Source: Anaerolineaceae bacterium
GTDB lineage: Bacteria; Chloroflexota; Anaerolineae; Anaerolineales; Anaerolineaceae
Direction of reading: 5' to 3'
Assembly (NCBI GenBank): GCA_963674975.1
Contig: OY771913.1
Span: 2,315,484-2,379,483 of the forward strand
Length of the DNA stretch: 64,000 nt
Shown: positions 51,956 to 63,797 of the stretch, one piece after another
Layout of the letters: every line of letters begins with the position of its first letter
How positions within the stretch are numbered: the first letter of the stretch is position 1
The notes under the pieces: model-generated
What the model saw: only the letters and a program-made list of their open reading frames with translations
What the model was told of the DNA's origin: nothing
The model's database searches: none
Translations under genes and position numbers: made by a program

Positions 51956-54900
51956 GATCAGGCAGGGTGTACCCGTAGACCATATTGCTGGCTGCATCGC
52001 TGACCCACATGGTCCCGTCTTCTGCAAATTCAATATCAACCGGCATGGTAATGGTGTCATCAGATAATCCGCGGATATCGAGCGCCTGCAGCAGATCTCC
52101 GGAAGGAGAATAGACAAGGATCAACGAACCTTCGGGATCGGTGATGAAGATATTCCCATCGCCATCAACAGCAATGAACGGTTTATTATTGGTAGACTGC
52201 CCGTACCAGCCCTCGATACTCCAGCTTGAAACAGTGGTGGAGGTCTTTAAATCAAGGTCAGGTGCGATAACCTGAATGCGGGAATTCCACGTATCTGCAA
52301 CGTAGAGCAGATTGTCTTCATCTAGAGCAATTCCTACCGGCTCATCGAACTGCCCGAAATCGGTTCCACCCAGTCCGATCTGGGTGATGAACTGATCGTT
52401 TTTATTAAAAACCATAATGCGTTTATTCCCGGTATCGGCAAAATAAACATTTCCATCTTCATCCACGGTGATCCCGCGTGGACCCCAGTAGCTGAGAGTA
52501 GAGCCGTCTGTGGCAAAGTAGCCCCACATCGAGATGAATTCTCCATCTTCTGTAAATTTCTGAATACGGTGGTTCCATGTATCAGAAACATACACGGTCC
52601 CATCAGGGGCGGCAGCCACATCCCAGGGTTCGTAGAAAGTTCCTCCCCCGGTATTGGCGTTTTCATCCGACGCACTCCCAAAACTGCCCCAGGAATCCAG
52701 CAGCGTGCCGGTTGTGGAAAAATGCTTGATCTGATTGTTTTTGGAATCTGCCACGTAAATAGAGCCATCCGGCGCAATATCAATCCCGCGCGGTTCATTG
52801 AGAATACCATCTCCACCGATGAATTGTACCGGTGTCAGGGTGGTGGTCATTGAAGCGTATGCATCCCCTGATGGACCCTTGATCAGAGCATCCTCTGAAA
52901 GCAGATCCCATACTTTTTCTGCCACGTCCTTGCGAACATACATACGCATTTTTTGACTGGGCAGCCAGGAATCTGTTTCAAGGTACTCATTGTTGTTGAG
53001 CTGAGCGTAGAGAGAATAATCACGGTAGTACCAGATATCGAAAAGAGCCTGCCGCATATCAGCGGATTTCAGCATCGTCGCGATCCTGTTGAAAGTAAGG
53101 TTGAAATAATCCTGATTAGGCCACCATAAGCGGTAGTATTCGAAGGTATAGAAATTTTTCCGTGTAATTGGTTCTATGGAGTCATAGTTTGCCTGTCCTG
53201 CCAGGATGATGGGGGCATCTTCAAGGCTGCGGGTGATGTTTTCTAAAAAGGAAATTCGATTGGGGTAATCTCTAAAATACCACCAGTAAGGGTAGAGGGA
53301 TTCATTATCATAGGCAACCTGAATATCCAAACCTCCGGTAAGGCGGCGGGAGATCTTTTCGACCTGATCCAGTATTTCTTTCGGTCCGGGCGCCGCATGC
53401 GCATAGACCAGGTATTCGGTGGCATAGTCATAATTGACGAAAGCTGCGCGCAGCGCCGATTGACAGGTGATAGCTGCTAGCAAAATGAAAAAAGCCAGAA
53501 TAAAGGTTTTTGACTTGATGACCTTTGACCAACCTTTGAGATAGGTGCGGTGCAGGAAAAGCAGCCCTGCCAGCAGAAGAAGGCGGAATAAGAACAAATA
53601 GGTGGTCTGCAGCTGCTCCTGAGTCTTTCCCTGAAAGGGCAGGTTGCTGCCGAGCAGTGTAACGCAGATCGCACAAAAATCGACCACGATCAGCAAGCTG
53701 ATCAGAATTCCAACTGCCTTTTCTTTTTTTGATTTTTCTTTCCACGGGATTGAATCGATGTAGGTTCCCAGAGCTGATCCTGCCAGTGTTAAGAATGGAA
53801 TGGTGATTTGCACGGTCAGCCACGGCATTTTCTCACCGGCAATACTGAATGCGATCAAACTGGAAATACCACAGAAAAGAAGAAGCGTGTTGATTGAAAG
53901 CGTGTTTTTTAGTGGTTTGGGTTCAATCTCTTCTGCAGTTTCTTCAAGCTTTATTTCATCAACGTCTTGAGATGGTTTCTTCTTGAAAACAGCCATGATC
54001 ACTGCTAGAAAAGAACCCGCCAGGGCGAGAAATTCATAGAAAGGCATTTCCAGTAGAGCATAATAATATAGGGGTTGTCCGCCTCTATTTACATCCTGCT
54101 GTGCTAACCAGTATCCAAGCGCGCCCACGGTTCCAGTTAGCATACCCGGCATATTTGTAAAGAAAGTTGTATAAAAGACAAAGAAAATGGAATAAAAAAG
54201 GCAGGCTGCTTTCCACCAGAATTTTCGCTGCCATGTGAAACCAAGGATAATGGAAATACCGCCTAAGAAAGCGAGGTATATCAGATCAAGCAGGTTGCTG
54301 GTGGTGCTTGTATAAGCGGTCGGGTCAAAACCGCAGAATTTTACCGGGAAAGCTGCCAGCAGAGGCAGCACCAGGGTGGTTATCAGGATGAAAATATTGA
54401 AAGCCGGTGAAATAGATAAACGATCCCACTGGAGATATTTCCTTACAGAAAAAATAACCACGAGTCCGATTGCCAGGGGGATCAATCCTGGAAGAAGGAC
54501 TTTCAGGATTTCAACAGTATAGTAGAGCTGTGAGCTGAAAGGGATCGATTCGCCGCTTTGAAGGACCATTGCATTGTTGTCGATGGAGCTCAGATCAAGC
54601 TGGCGGTATATAAAGACCGATCCGAATAAAGATACTCCCAGTAGAAGAATTAATAAAAAGTTGATCAGAAGAACACGAGAATGAATGATTTTGGCATGAA
54701 TGATCTCGGCAAGCATTTTCATGAAGAAAAAGATCATCATAATAGCCGTGTGAATGTAAGCTGTCTCTTTGCAGGTGAAATAAAACGCCAGTGTTGTGGT
54801 CAGTAAATAAAGGGATGAAAATTTTCTTTGATCGAAGTAGCACATGAGCGCATAAAAAATCAGGACCAGGAATAGACCGATAAATGCTTCGTTGCGGGCA

Positions 54901-55337
54901 TATCTTCCATAAAAAAGAAGAAAAGGAGAGATCAGGAAAAGCGTGGCGGTGACGAGTGATCCGGTTTTACCGAAATACTTGCGGTATGCGAAAAGGATAA
55001 AGAGAATGGTGGCAATACTTGCCAGGGCATGTGGAAGGCGGGAATTGAAATCATTATCTCCAAAGAGAAAATACAATAGGGCAATGAAGTGAAACTGCAG
55101 TGGTCCGTGTGAGACGGGGTTATGAGAATACATTACCCCGCTATACAGGTCATAAGAAGGAACGACATGGTTCGTTTCGTCATGACTCATGACGCGGTCA
55201 CCCAGGTTGATGAAGCGGGTCAATAATGCGGCGATGATAATGAAAATTACAGCGGCGGTGTACCATGTGAATTTACCAAAAGACTTTTGTAAAGAAACAT
55301 CATTTTCTATTGATAGTTTTTTCATTGGTTCCTTCAA
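51948..55337 (-). CDS. Large GT-C-fold (ArnT/PMT/TIGR03663-like) membrane glycosyltransferase-like protein with C-terminal NHL-repeat beta-propeller
   Basis: 1129 aa. N-terminal DRVMSHDETNH plus more than 15 TM helices. The C-terminus has at least four NHL-type repeats (P.GI..D..G.(I/V)Y(V/F)AD..N.RI..F). Confidence 0.7.
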   Translation of the reverse strand: MKEPMKKLSIENDVSLQKSFGKFTWYTAAVIFIIIAALLTRFINLGDRVMSHDETNHVVPSYDLYSGVMYSHNPVSHGPLQFHFIALLYFLFGDNDFNSRLPHALASIATILFILFAYRKYFGKTGSLVTATLFLISPFLLFYGRYARNEAFIGLFLVLIFYALMCYFDQRKFSSLYLLTTTLAFYFTCKETAYIHTAIMMIFFFMKMLAEIIHAKIIHSRVLLINFLLILLLGVSLFGSVFIYRQLDLSSIDNNAMVLQSGESIPFSSQLYYTVEILKVLLPGLIPLAIGLVVIFSVRKYLQWDRLSISPAFNIFILITTLVLPLLAAFPVKFCGFDPTAYTSTTSNLLDLIYLAFLGGISIILGFTWQRKFWWKAACLFYSIFFVFYTTFFTNMPGMLTGTVGALGYWLAQQDVNRGGQPLYYYALLEMPFYEFLALAGSFLAVIMAVFKKKPSQDVDEIKLEETAEEIEPKPLKNTLSINTLLLFCGISSLIAFSIAGEKMPWLTVQITIPFLTLAGSALGTYIDSIPWKEKSKKEKAVGILISLLIVVDFCAICVTLLGSNLPFQGKTQEQLQTTYLFLFRLLLLAGLLFLHRTYLKGWSKVIKSKTFILAFFILLAAITCQSALRAAFVNYDYATEYLVYAHAAPGPKEILDQVEKISRRLTGGLDIQVAYDNESLYPYWWYFRDYPNRISFLENITRSLEDAPIILAGQANYDSIEPITRKNFYTFEYYRLWWPNQDYFNLTFNRIATMLKSADMRQALFDIWYYRDYSLYAQLNNNEYLETDSWLPSQKMRMYVRKDVAEKVWDLLSEDALIKGPSGDAYASMTTTLTPVQFIGGDGILNEPRGIDIAPDGSIYVADSKNNQIKHFSTTGTLLDSWGSFGSASDENANTGGGTFYEPWDVAAAPDGTVYVSDTWNHRIQKFTEDGEFISMWGYFATDGSTLSYWGPRGITVDEDGNVYFADTGNKRIMVFNKNDQFITQIGLGGTDFGQFDEPVGIALDEDNLLYVADTWNSRIQVIAPDLDLKTSTTVSSWSIEGWYGQSTNNKPFIAVDGDGNIFITDPEGSLILVYSPSGDLLQALDIRGLSDDTITMPVDIEFAEDGTMWVSDAASNMVYGYTLPDLN

Positions 55338-55417
55338 TCAATTTTTCATTTATTCTAACCAATAATTATAATTCCTGCGTTATAATCAATAATTCATTAT
55401 TTGATAAGGAAAATTGC

Positions 55418-55446
55418 TTGACCAATAGTGGCATAACTGATAAAAT
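55418..55446 (+). promoter_or_regulatory. Predicted rpoB promoter (TTGACC-17-TAAAAT)
   Basis: -35 at 55418-55423 and -10 at 55441-55446, in the AT-rich divergent intergenic region. Confidence 0.4.
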
Positions 55447-55511
55447 TTCTGTTTGCCAAATGGTTGGTATTTCGTTGTATTTAATTAAGAATTAATCAGC
55501 AGGAGAGATAC

Positions 55512-58500
55512 ATGGGTCTTGAGATGCCTGAAAAGAATTATTCGCGGATTCCGAAAGTTCTTGATTTACCCAATTTAATACAGGTTCAAAAAGAATCATT
55601 TGATCGGTTGTTGAAAGATGGTCTTGTCGATCTATTCGATGAGATCTCACCAATTGAATCATATAATGGTGGCGTAAAGCTGTATTTTCCCGGTAAATCA
55701 AAAGAAAGTAAAGAATGGGGGTTGAAGTACTGGTTTGAAGAACCGAAGAACTCAATGGAAGAATGCGCAGAAAAAGATCTCACGTATTCAAGCCCGCTGT
55801 ATGTAAAGGTTCTTTTAGCCGGATCAGAGGTTACTGAACCGATGGTTGAGGATATCTACCTGGGTGAGTTCCCCATGATGACGGATAACGGTACCTTCAT
55901 TATTAACGGTACTGAGAGAGTAGTAGTATCGCAGTTGATCCGTTCCCCGGGCGTTTATTTTGATGCTCCCATTAACCGAGCAACCGGTAAACGATTGGCA
56001 ACGGCAAAATTGATCCCGGATCGCGGCGCCTGGATGGAATTCGAAACAAGAAAAAATGATTATGTCATTTTGAAATTCAATCGAAAGCGCACTGTACCAG
56101 TGACCATTTTCTTACGAGCTCTAGCGGCTGTGGATGATGGTTTAAAGGATTCTCCCTTGAAGTTTGGTACAGATGAAGAGATCCTGTCGCTATTCAGTGA
56201 TATTGATACTGACCAGGATCGTCTTTTTATTTCGACCACTTTCAATCAAGAACCAGAGTGGGATCTTTCCAGCGGGAAGACCATTGCTGAATTGGCGCTG
56301 CTGGAATTTTTCCGCCGCATGCGTCCGGGTGATCCTGCGACGATCGATAATGCGAAGGAATTTCTTGAAGAACAGCTTTTTGATCAGCGCCATTACGATC
56401 TGGAAAGCGTTGGTCGTTATAAATTAAATCAAAAATTAGATATCAAAAAACATGTATCTATCGATCATCGAACCATTACAAAATGGGATATCGTCTATCT
56501 GGTACGACGCATGATCAAGATCAACAATGAGCTCGAAGATAAGGATGATATCGATCATCTTGGAAACCGACGTGTCAAGACAGTTGGCGAATTGATCCAG
56601 AACAAGCTGCGTATTGGAATGCGGCGGATGGAACGGGTTATTAAGGAAAGAATGTCAATTCGTGAGCAGGACAAGGTCGATCCGAAAAACTTGATCAATA
56701 TTCGCCCGCTGGTAGCAGCTTTACGCGAGTTCTTTGGCTCGAGCCAGTTATCGCAGTTCATGGATCAAACCAATCCGTTGGCTGAATTACGCCATAAGAG
56801 AACACTCTCTGCGCTGGGTCCGGGTGGACTGCGCCGTGAGCGTGCTGGTTTTGATGTTCGTGATGTTCACCATTCTCACTATGGAAGAATCTGCCCAATT
56901 GAAACCCCGGAAGGTCCAAACATTGGTTTGATCGGACGCCTGGCATCTTTTGCGACAGTAAATCAATATGGCTTTATTGAAACACCATATCGCAAAGTAC
57001 TCTTTGAACTGGCAGCTGATGATGAACGCCTGCTGAATAAAACGGTATCAGACTCTATTCGAAATCTAAAAACGGATGAAATTATTCTGCGAAAAGGCAC
57101 CAGGATCAAGGAAGAAAACCTGTCTGATTTGAAAAAACTGAAAAAAGATGTTGAGAGCATACCGGTGGTTGGTTTTGTGTCGGATGAGATCGAATATCTA
57201 CCTGCAGATGTGGAAGACAAATTTATCATCGCTCAGGCAAACACCTTATTAAATGAATATAACGAATTTGTGATGGATCGTATTTCGTGCCGTTATCATT
57301 CTGATTTCATCTTCTCTTCACCTGAAAGAATTCAATTCATGGATGTCGCTCCCAACCAGATCGTTGGTATCAGCGCCGCTTTGATCCCATTCTTAGAGCA
57401 TGATGATGCAAACCGCGCTCTGATGGGTTCGAATATGCAGGCGCAGGCTGTTCCATTATTAAAACCGGACCTCCCGCAAGTTTCGACAAGCATGGAAGAA
57501 TATGCAGCGAAAGATTCAGGGCAGGTCTTGATTGCTGAAGAAGAAGGAGATGTGATCTCTGTAACCGGAGAAAAGGTCATCGTCCGTTCCAATAAAGAAA
57601 CGCGCGAATACCAGCTGAAAAAATATCAGCGTTCTAATCAGAGCACTTGCATCGATCAGCGCCCGCTGGTTAAAAAAGGACAGCGAGTGAAGAAAGGTGA
57701 CATTCTGGCAGATTCATCCTCGACGGTTGAGGGCGAGTTGGCTCTTGGACAGAATGCGGTTGTTGCGTTTGTTTCATGGGAAGGTGGAAACTACGAGGAT
57801 GCCATTCTGATCTCGGAGAGAATGGTGCAGAAAGATAAGTTCACCTCCATTCATATTGAGAAATATGAACTGGAAGCCCGCGATACAAAATTGGGTCCCG
57901 AAGAGATCACCAGAGATATTCCCAATGTTGGTGATGACGCTATCAGGGATCTGGACGAGAATGGAATTGTTCGAATTGGCGCAGAAGTAGGTCCCGGCGA
58001 TATTCTGGTTGGAAAGATCACTCCGAAAGGTGAGAAAGAACTTACCCCAGAAGAACGGTTGCTGCGCGCAATTTTTGGAGAAAAATCACGCGACGTACGC
58101 GATACATCTCTGCGAATGCCTCATGGCGAACGCGGAAAAGTTGTTGAAGTAAAGATATTTACTCGCAAAGAAAACAGCGATCTGCCTGCAGGCGTTGATA
58201 AGATGGTGCGCGTTTCGGTTGCACAGCTGCGAAAACTAACTGCCGGCGATAAAATGGCAGGGCGGCACGGGAATAAAGGTGTTGTTTCTAAAGTGGTTCC
58301 TGTTGAAGATATGCCTTTCCTTGAAAATGGACAACCCGTAGATATTATTCTGAACCCGCTGGGTGTTCCCGGTCGTATGAACATCGGGCAGGTTTTGGAA
58401 ACACATCTTGGTTGGGCTTCATTGCGGTTGGGATTCAGAGCCCTTACTCCTGTTTTCGATGGAGCAGATGAATTCGAGATCGAAGCAGAGCTGGCTCGTG

Positions 58501-59432
58501 CCTGGATGATGGATGAAGCCTGGAATGAAGTGGGTGAAAAATCATGGGAGTGGATCAAAGAAGGCGAGTATTCTGCGGAAATGCTGCAGGATGACGATGA
58601 AGTTCGACTCCTTTACGTTGAGCAGTGGCTGGCAAAGAAAGACATCGATGTTTATCGTTTGAAAATCGATCAGATCTATGCCAGAAAGATTGTTTTAACC
58701 GAGTGGCTGCGTGAAAAGGGTTACAACCCTGATTCCATTCTGGCATTCGAAAATAATGAGATCGGAAAGCCACGTGACGAGGGGAAAGACAATCTTGCCA
58801 TCAATGTATGTCTGCGCATCTGGCTGGAAAAGAATGGAAAGAAGACTGAAAAGATTGAAGATGAAGCCATTCTTGATGCCGCTCAGAAATTCATGGAAAC
58901 AACTCAGATCCCGATGCCTATCCTAGGGAAGCAGGTTTTGCGTGATGGGAATACGGGTCTGCCGTTTGACCAGCCGGTAACTGTGGGTGTGATGACGATC
59001 ATGAAACTTCACCACCTGGTTGAAGATAAAGTCCATGCTCGCTCGACCGGTCCATACAGTCTTGTAACCCAGCAGCCGCTGGGTGGGAAGGCGCAGTTCG
59101 GCGGTCAGCGGTTTGGAGAAATGGAAGTATGGGCGCTGGAGGCATACGGCGCGGCATATACGCTGCAGGAAATGCTGACGATCAAGTCGGATGATGTTCA
59201 GGGAAGAGTTGCTTCTTATGAAGCAATTGTTAAGGGCGAGACGATCGAAGAACCCAGTTTGCCTGCCGGTTTCAGGGTCCTGGTAAAAGAGTTGCAGAGC
59301 CTTGGTCTGGCAGTTGAAGCAGAATTGGATTCAGGCGATGTCATAAAGTTTGGAAAGGATGAAGAGAAGATAAAACCACCAAAATTACCCACCGGTCTGA
59401 TGGGACTGGGAGAAAAATTCGGTAATTTTTGA
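55512..59432 (+). CDS. rpoB: DNA-directed RNA polymerase beta subunit
   Basis: 1306 aa with the full set of conserved beta-subunit blocks ([27 protein letters not shown]-type, NMQRQAVPL-type, [13 protein letters not shown]-type). AGGAGA lies 5 nt upstream of the ATG. Confidence 0.97.
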   Translation: MGLEMPEKNYSRIPKVLDLPNLIQVQKESFDRLLKDGLVDLFDEISPIESYNGGVKLYFPGKSKESKEWGLKYWFEEPKNSMEECAEKDLTYSSPLYVKVLLAGSEVTEPMVEDIYLGEFPMMTDNGTFIINGTERVVVSQLIRSPGVYFDAPINRATGKRLATAKLIPDRGAWMEFETRKNDYVILKFNRKRTVPVTIFLRALAAVDDGLKDSPLKFGTDEEILSLFSDIDTDQDRLFISTTFNQEPEWDLSSGKTIAELALLEFFRRMRPGDPATIDNAKEFLEEQLFDQRHYDLESVGRYKLNQKLDIKKHVSIDHRTITKWDIVYLVRRMIKINNELEDKDDIDHLGNRRVKTVGELIQNKLRIGMRRMERVIKERMSIREQDKVDPKNLINIRPLVAALREFFGSSQLSQFMDQTNPLAELRHKRTLSALGPGGLRRERAGFDVRDVHHSHYGRICPIETPEGPNIGLIGRLASFATVNQYGFIETPYRKVLFELAADDERLLNKTVSDSIRNLKTDEIILRKGTRIKEENLSDLKKLKKDVESIPVVGFVSDEIEYLPADVEDKFIIAQANTLLNEYNEFVMDRISCRYHSDFIFSSPERIQFMDVAPNQIVGISAALIPFLEHDDANRALMGSNMQAQAVPLLKPDLPQVSTSMEEYAAKDSGQVLIAEEEGDVISVTGEKVIVRSNKETREYQLKKYQRSNQSTCIDQRPLVKKGQRVKKGDILADSSSTVEGELALGQNAVVAFVSWEGGNYEDAILISERMVQKDKFTSIHIEKYELEARDTKLGPEEITRDIPNVGDDAIRDLDENGIVRIGAEVGPGDILVGKITPKGEKELTPEERLLRAIFGEKSRDVRDTSLRMPHGERGKVVEVKIFTRKENSDLPAGVDKMVRVSVAQLRKLTAGDKMAGRHGNKGVVSKVVPVEDMPFLENGQPVDIILNPLGVPGRMNIGQVLETHLGWASLRLGFRALTPVFDGADEFEIEAELARAWMMDEAWNEVGEKSWEWIKEGEYSAEMLQDDDEVRLLYVEQWLAKKDIDVYRLKIDQIYARKIVLTEWLREKGYNPDSILAFENNEIGKPRDEGKDNLAINVCLRIWLEKNGKKTEKIEDEAILDAAQKFMETTQIPMPILGKQVLRDGNTGLPFDQPVTVGVMTIMKLHHLVEDKVHARSTGPYSLVTQQPLGGKAQFGGQRFGEMEVWALEAYGAAYTLQEMLTIKSDDVQGRVASYEAIVKGETIEEPSLPAGFRVLVKELQSLGLAVEAELDSGDVIKFGKDEEKIKPPKLPTGLMGLGEKFGNF

Positions 59433-59443
59433 TAACTCACGCA

Positions 59444-59472
59444 TTGACTCTAAAATTGCGGTGTGTTATACT
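59444..59472 (+). promoter_or_regulatory. Predicted promoter of the str operon (TTGACT-17-TATACT)
   Basis: It lies in the 88-nt gap between the rpoB stop and the rpsL GTG start. Confidence 0.5.
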
Positions 59473-59520
59473 CGCACTTTGGTTTTATCAAGAATGTAAA
59501 TTTATCGGAGGCTGTATAAA

Positions 59521-59937
59521 GTGCCAACAATTAATCAATTGATTCGAAAAGGACGAGAACAGAAAAAAGCTAAAAGTAAAGCGCCAGCTTTGCTATACAA
59601 TATGAATCACCTTAAACAACGAAGATTGCGGCAGGGGATTGGTTCTCCACAAAAACGCGGTGTTTGTACTGTGGTTCGTACGATGACTCCTAAGAAACCG
59701 AATTCGGCTTTACGTAAAATTGCCCGTGTTCGTTTGACAAATGGTTTGGAAGTCACCGCTTATATTCCAGGTGAAGGACACCAGCTGCAGGAGCACTCGG
59801 TTGTAATGGTCCGCGGCGGTCGTGTAAAAGATCTGCCTGGTGTTAGATACCATGTGGTGCGCGGAGCGTTGGATACGACCGGTGTCGCAGTCAGAAATCA
59901 AGGTCGCTCAAAATATGGCACCAAGCGGGCGAAATAA
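59521..59937 (+). CDS. rpsL: 30S ribosomal protein S12
   Basis: 138 aa, GTG start. [11 protein letters not shown]...[10 protein letters not shown]...[14 protein letters not shown]. Confidence 0.97.
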   Translation: MPTINQLIRKGREQKKAKSKAPALLYNMNHLKQRRLRQGIGSPQKRGVCTVVRTMTPKKPNSALRKIARVRLTNGLEVTAYIPGEGHQLQEHSVVMVRGGRVKDLPGVRYHVVRGALDTTGVAVRNQGRSKYGTKRAK

Positions 59938-59967
59938 GTTTGAAACACAAGTTGTGGAGATAGTTTA

Positions 59968-60435
59968 ATGCGAAGAACAAAACCAGAAAAACGAAGAATT
60001 GATCCCGATATCCGATTTAACAGCCGCAATGTGCAGGTTCTCATTAATAACATTCTTAAGATGGGAAAAAAGAGCACAGCGACTCGTATCGTATATGATG
60101 CCTTAGAAATCATTCAAGATACTACCAAAAAAGAACCAGTCGAAGTTTTGGATGCTGCATTGAAGAATGTCGGACCGGTCATGGAAGTTCGTCCCCGTCG
60201 TGTGGGTGGCGCAACCTATCAAGTTCCTATGGAAGTTGATCCTGAACGGAAGCTTACATTATCAATTCGGTGGATCATTGACGCATCAAATGCACGTGGC
60301 GGAAAAAGCTATGCTGAGAAATTAGCAGGCGAAGTCATGGATGCGGCAAATGAACAGGGCGCAGCGATCCGAAAGCGCGAAGAAACTCACAAAATGGCGG
60401 AGGCAAACCGGGCTTTTTCACATTTCCGGGTTTAA
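59968..60435 (+). CDS. rpsG: 30S ribosomal protein S7
   Basis: 155 aa with the S7 pattern (GKKSTATRIVYDAL...VEVRPRRVGGATYQVP). Confidence 0.97.
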   Translation: MRRTKPEKRRIDPDIRFNSRNVQVLINNILKMGKKSTATRIVYDALEIIQDTTKKEPVEVLDAALKNVGPVMEVRPRRVGGATYQVPMEVDPERKLTLSIRWIIDASNARGGKSYAEKLAGEVMDAANEQGAAIRKREETHKMAEANRAFSHFRV

Positions 60436-60473
60436 TACCTTCATTTTTAACTTGAACTTTAACAGGAAACAAT

Positions 60474-62543
60474 ATGACGCGAGAATATCCTTTAGAAAAG
60501 TTACGCAACATTGGGGTTATTGCGCATATTGATGCAGGAAAAACCACAACCACTGAGCGAATTCTCTTTTATACGGGTAAAACCTACCGAATTGGCTCAG
60601 TGGATGACGGCACAACCGTTACTGATTGGATGGAACAAGAACGAGAACGGGGAATCACCATCGTTTCCGCAGCTATAACTACCAGCTGGCGGGATTACCA
60701 GATAAATTTAATTGATACACCAGGACATATTGACTTCACCGCTGAAGTACAGCGTTCATTACGCGTATTGGATGGCGGTGTTGTTGTTTTTGACGGCGTT
60801 CAAGGGGTAGAACCACAGAGTGAAACTGTTTGGCGGCAGGCGGACCGATTTAATGTTCCGCGTATTTGCTTCGTCAACAAATTAGACAGAGTGGGCGCTG
60901 ATCTGGATTATTCTATTCAAACTATCAAAGATCGGTTGGGTGCGAATCCTCTTCAAATGCAAATCGCAATAGGCAAAGAAGCTGATTTTATAGGGGCGGT
61001 TAATTTGCTAGAAATGAATGCTGTAATCTGGAATGATGATCTTGGATCAAAACCAGAAATCAAAGAAATACCCGCAGACCTGCAAAAAATTGCTGAAGAA
61101 AAACGTGCAGAACTTGTTGAAAAAATTGCTGAATCAGATGATGCACTGATCGAAAAATTCCTCAATGAAGAGGAAATTTCGATCGACGAGTTAAAAGCCG
61201 CTCTTCGCAAGGCAGTGCTGGCGAATGAAGCAACCCCTGTTTTTTGCGGTTCTTCTTTAAAAAACAAAGGTGTACAGCCGCTGCTGGATGCAATTATCGA
61301 TTATTTGCCTTCACCGATGGATATTCCATCAATAAAAGGAACCGATCCGAAAACTGGTGAAGAGGTGATTCGAAACACAAATGACTCTGAGCCAATGAGT
61401 GCACTGATCTTCAAGATCGTTTCCGATCCGTATTCTGGAAGAATGGCATATTTCCGCGTTTATTCCGGTACGATCAAACAGGGCTTAATGGCTTACAATC
61501 CAACTTCAGAGAAAAAGGAAAGAATTGGGCGTTTGATCCGTGTATATGCGGACCACCGGGAAGACGTTGAAGAAATGCATGCGGGCGATATCGGAGCCGT
61601 TCTTGGGTTCAAGAGTATCGTAACCGGAGATACCATCTGCGAAGCACATCATCCTATCGTGTTGGAAAGAATATCATTCCCGGATCCTGTTATTTCGGTG
61701 GCAATTGAACCGAAAACCACCGCAGATAGCGAAAAGATGGCAAAAGCACTGCAAAAATTGGCAGAAGAAGATCCTACTTTTCGGGTTCATGAAGATGAAA
61801 ATACCGGGCAAACGATCATCGAAGGAATGGGCGAGCTCCATCTGGAGATCATTGTTGACCGAATGTTCCGTGAATTCAATGTGCAGGCGAATGTTGGCAA
61901 ACCGCGGGTTACCTATCGTGAAACGATCACAAAAGAAATCTCAAAAGTGCAGTATAAATACGCCAAACAATCCGGTGGTCATGGTCAATATGGTGAAGTG
62001 GTATTCAACTTCAAACCTTTACCGCAGGGGAGCGGAGTCGTCTTTGTGAATGAGATCAAAGGCGGGACGGTTCCTCGTGAATACTTTAATGCGGTAGAAA
62101 AAGGTGTTAAAGAAGCTGCCGAGGCAGGAGTTCTGGCGGGTTATCCAATGACCGATCTTCAGGTGAACTTTGTTGATGGTTCCTATCACGAAGTTGATTC
62201 TTCTGAGATGGCTTTCAAGATGGCGGCTACTTTCGCTTTCCGTGAAGGTGTTACAAAAGCACGACCGGTTTTACTTGAACCGATCATGAAGGTCGAAGTG
62301 AATATACCGCAAGAATATCTTGGTGATGTTCTTGCACAGTTGAACTCACGTAGAGCGGAAATCGAAGGGCTTGAAATGATCCATGGAAATGCTCAAATTG
62401 TAAGGGCATTTGTGCCTCTATCTGAAATGACAGGGTATGCTACAGAACTGCGTTCTGTTACACAGGGGCGTGGTGTGTTTTCAATGGAATACGATCATTA
62501 CACACCCTTACCTGAAAATATTGCAAGCGATATCTTGCATTAA
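60474..62543 (+). CDS. fusA: Elongation factor G
   Basis: 689 aa with AHIDAGKTTTTE, DTPGHIDF and NKLD. Confidence 0.97.
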   Translation: MTREYPLEKLRNIGVIAHIDAGKTTTTERILFYTGKTYRIGSVDDGTTVTDWMEQERERGITIVSAAITTSWRDYQINLIDTPGHIDFTAEVQRSLRVLDGGVVVFDGVQGVEPQSETVWRQADRFNVPRICFVNKLDRVGADLDYSIQTIKDRLGANPLQMQIAIGKEADFIGAVNLLEMNAVIWNDDLGSKPEIKEIPADLQKIAEEKRAELVEKIAESDDALIEKFLNEEEISIDELKAALRKAVLANEATPVFCGSSLKNKGVQPLLDAIIDYLPSPMDIPSIKGTDPKTGEEVIRNTNDSEPMSALIFKIVSDPYSGRMAYFRVYSGTIKQGLMAYNPTSEKKERIGRLIRVYADHREDVEEMHAGDIGAVLGFKSIVTGDTICEAHHPIVLERISFPDPVISVAIEPKTTADSEKMAKALQKLAEEDPTFRVHEDENTGQTIIEGMGELHLEIIVDRMFREFNVQANVGKPRVTYRETITKEISKVQYKYAKQSGGHGQYGEVVFNFKPLPQGSGVVFVNEIKGGTVPREYFNAVEKGVKEAAEAGVLAGYPMTDLQVNFVDGSYHEVDSSEMAFKMAATFAFREGVTKARPVLLEPIMKVEVNIPQEYLGDVLAQLNSRRAEIEGLEMIHGNAQIVRAFVPLSEMTGYATELRSVTQGRGVFSMEYDHYTPLPENIASDILH

Positions 62544-62578
62544 TATAAATAAAGAAAGGTATATATAAGGAGAAGAAA

Positions 62579-63781
62579 ATGGCAAAAGAGGTATATGATC
62601 GATCAAAGCCCCATTTCAATGTAGGGACAATGGGACACATTGACCATGGGAAGACCACCCTGACAGCAGCCATCACAAAGTACTGCAGTCTGTTAGGGAT
62701 GGCAGATTTCATGGCGTTTGACAAGATTGACAACGCGCCAGAAGAGAAAGAGCGCGGCATCACGATCAGCATTTCACATGTGGAATATCAGACCGCCAAG
62801 CGGCATTATGCCCATGTAGATATGCCCGGACACCGCGACTACATCAAGAACATGATCACTGGTGCGGCACAGGTAGACGGCGCCATTCTGGTAGTGGCAG
62901 CTCCCGATGGGCCCATGCCCCAGACCAGAGAGCACGTACTGCTGGCGCACCAGGTAGAAGTACCCAGCATCATCGTTTTCTTGAACAAAGTTGACATGAT
63001 GGACGATCCGGAACTGCTGGAACTGGTTGAGATGGAACTGCGCGATATGCTGACCAGCAACCACTTCCCCGGCGACGATATTCCCATCATTCGCGGTTCA
63101 GCCCTCAAGGCACTGGAAAGCACTTCCACTGACCCCAATGCACCCGAATACGCCTGCATCAAGGAACTGCTGGATGCGGTCGACAATTATTTCCCCGATC
63201 CGATCCGCGCCACCGACAAACCGTTCATGATGCCCGTGGAAGACGTGTTTTCCATCAAGGGACGCGGCACGGTTGTCACCGGTCGTATCGAACGTGGTAT
63301 GGTCAAAGTTGGTGAGAATGTTGACATCGTTGGTCTGCGCGACAAGAGCATGAGCACGGTTGTCACCGGTGTGGAAATGTTCCACAAGACCCTTGAAGAG
63401 GGTATGGCTGGCGACAATGCAGGTCTGCTGCTGCGCGGTGTGGAGCGCACAGATGTGGAACGCGGTATGGTCATTGCCAAACCCGGAAGCATCACCCCGC
63501 ACACCAAGTTCAAAGCAGAAGTGTACGTTCTGCGCCGTGATGAAGGTGGTCGTCACAAACCGTTCTTCAGCGGTTATCGTCCTCAGTTCTACATCCGCAC
63601 CATGGATGTAACCGGCAACATCAACCTTCCGGCAGATGTCGAAATGGTCATGCCCGGCGATCGAACCAACATGGAAGTCGAACTGATCATCCCCGTGGCT
63701 CTGGAACAGGGTTCTGACTTCGCTATCCGCGAAGGCGGTCTCACTGTCGGCGCTGGCAAAATCACTGATATCTTGGAGTAA
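62579..63781 (+). CDS. tuf: Elongation factor Tu
   Basis: 400 aa with [18 protein letters not shown] and NKVD. Confidence 0.97.
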   Translation: MAKEVYDRSKPHFNVGTMGHIDHGKTTLTAAITKYCSLLGMADFMAFDKIDNAPEEKERGITISISHVEYQTAKRHYAHVDMPGHRDYIKNMITGAAQVDGAILVVAAPDGPMPQTREHVLLAHQVEVPSIIVFLNKVDMMDDPELLELVEMELRDMLTSNHFPGDDIPIIRGSALKALESTSTDPNAPEYACIKELLDAVDNYFPDPIRATDKPFMMPVEDVFSIKGRGTVVTGRIERGMVKVGENVDIVGLRDKSMSTVVTGVEMFHKTLEEGMAGDNAGLLLRGVERTDVERGMVIAKPGSITPHTKFKAEVYVLRRDEGGRHKPFFSGYRPQFYIRTMDVTGNINLPADVEMVMPGDRTNMEVELIIPVALEQGSDFAIREGGLTVGAGKITDILE

Positions 63782-63797
63782 AAGGAAAACTTTTAAT

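Noticed and set aside
59521-59937. About 13-aa insertion in S12 ([18 protein letters not shown]) relative to E. coli and Thermus S12
   Set aside because: From memory, Bacillus-type S12 proteins carry an insertion of the same length at the same place (..[25 protein letters not shown]..). This is therefore a lineage-typical long form and not a novelty.
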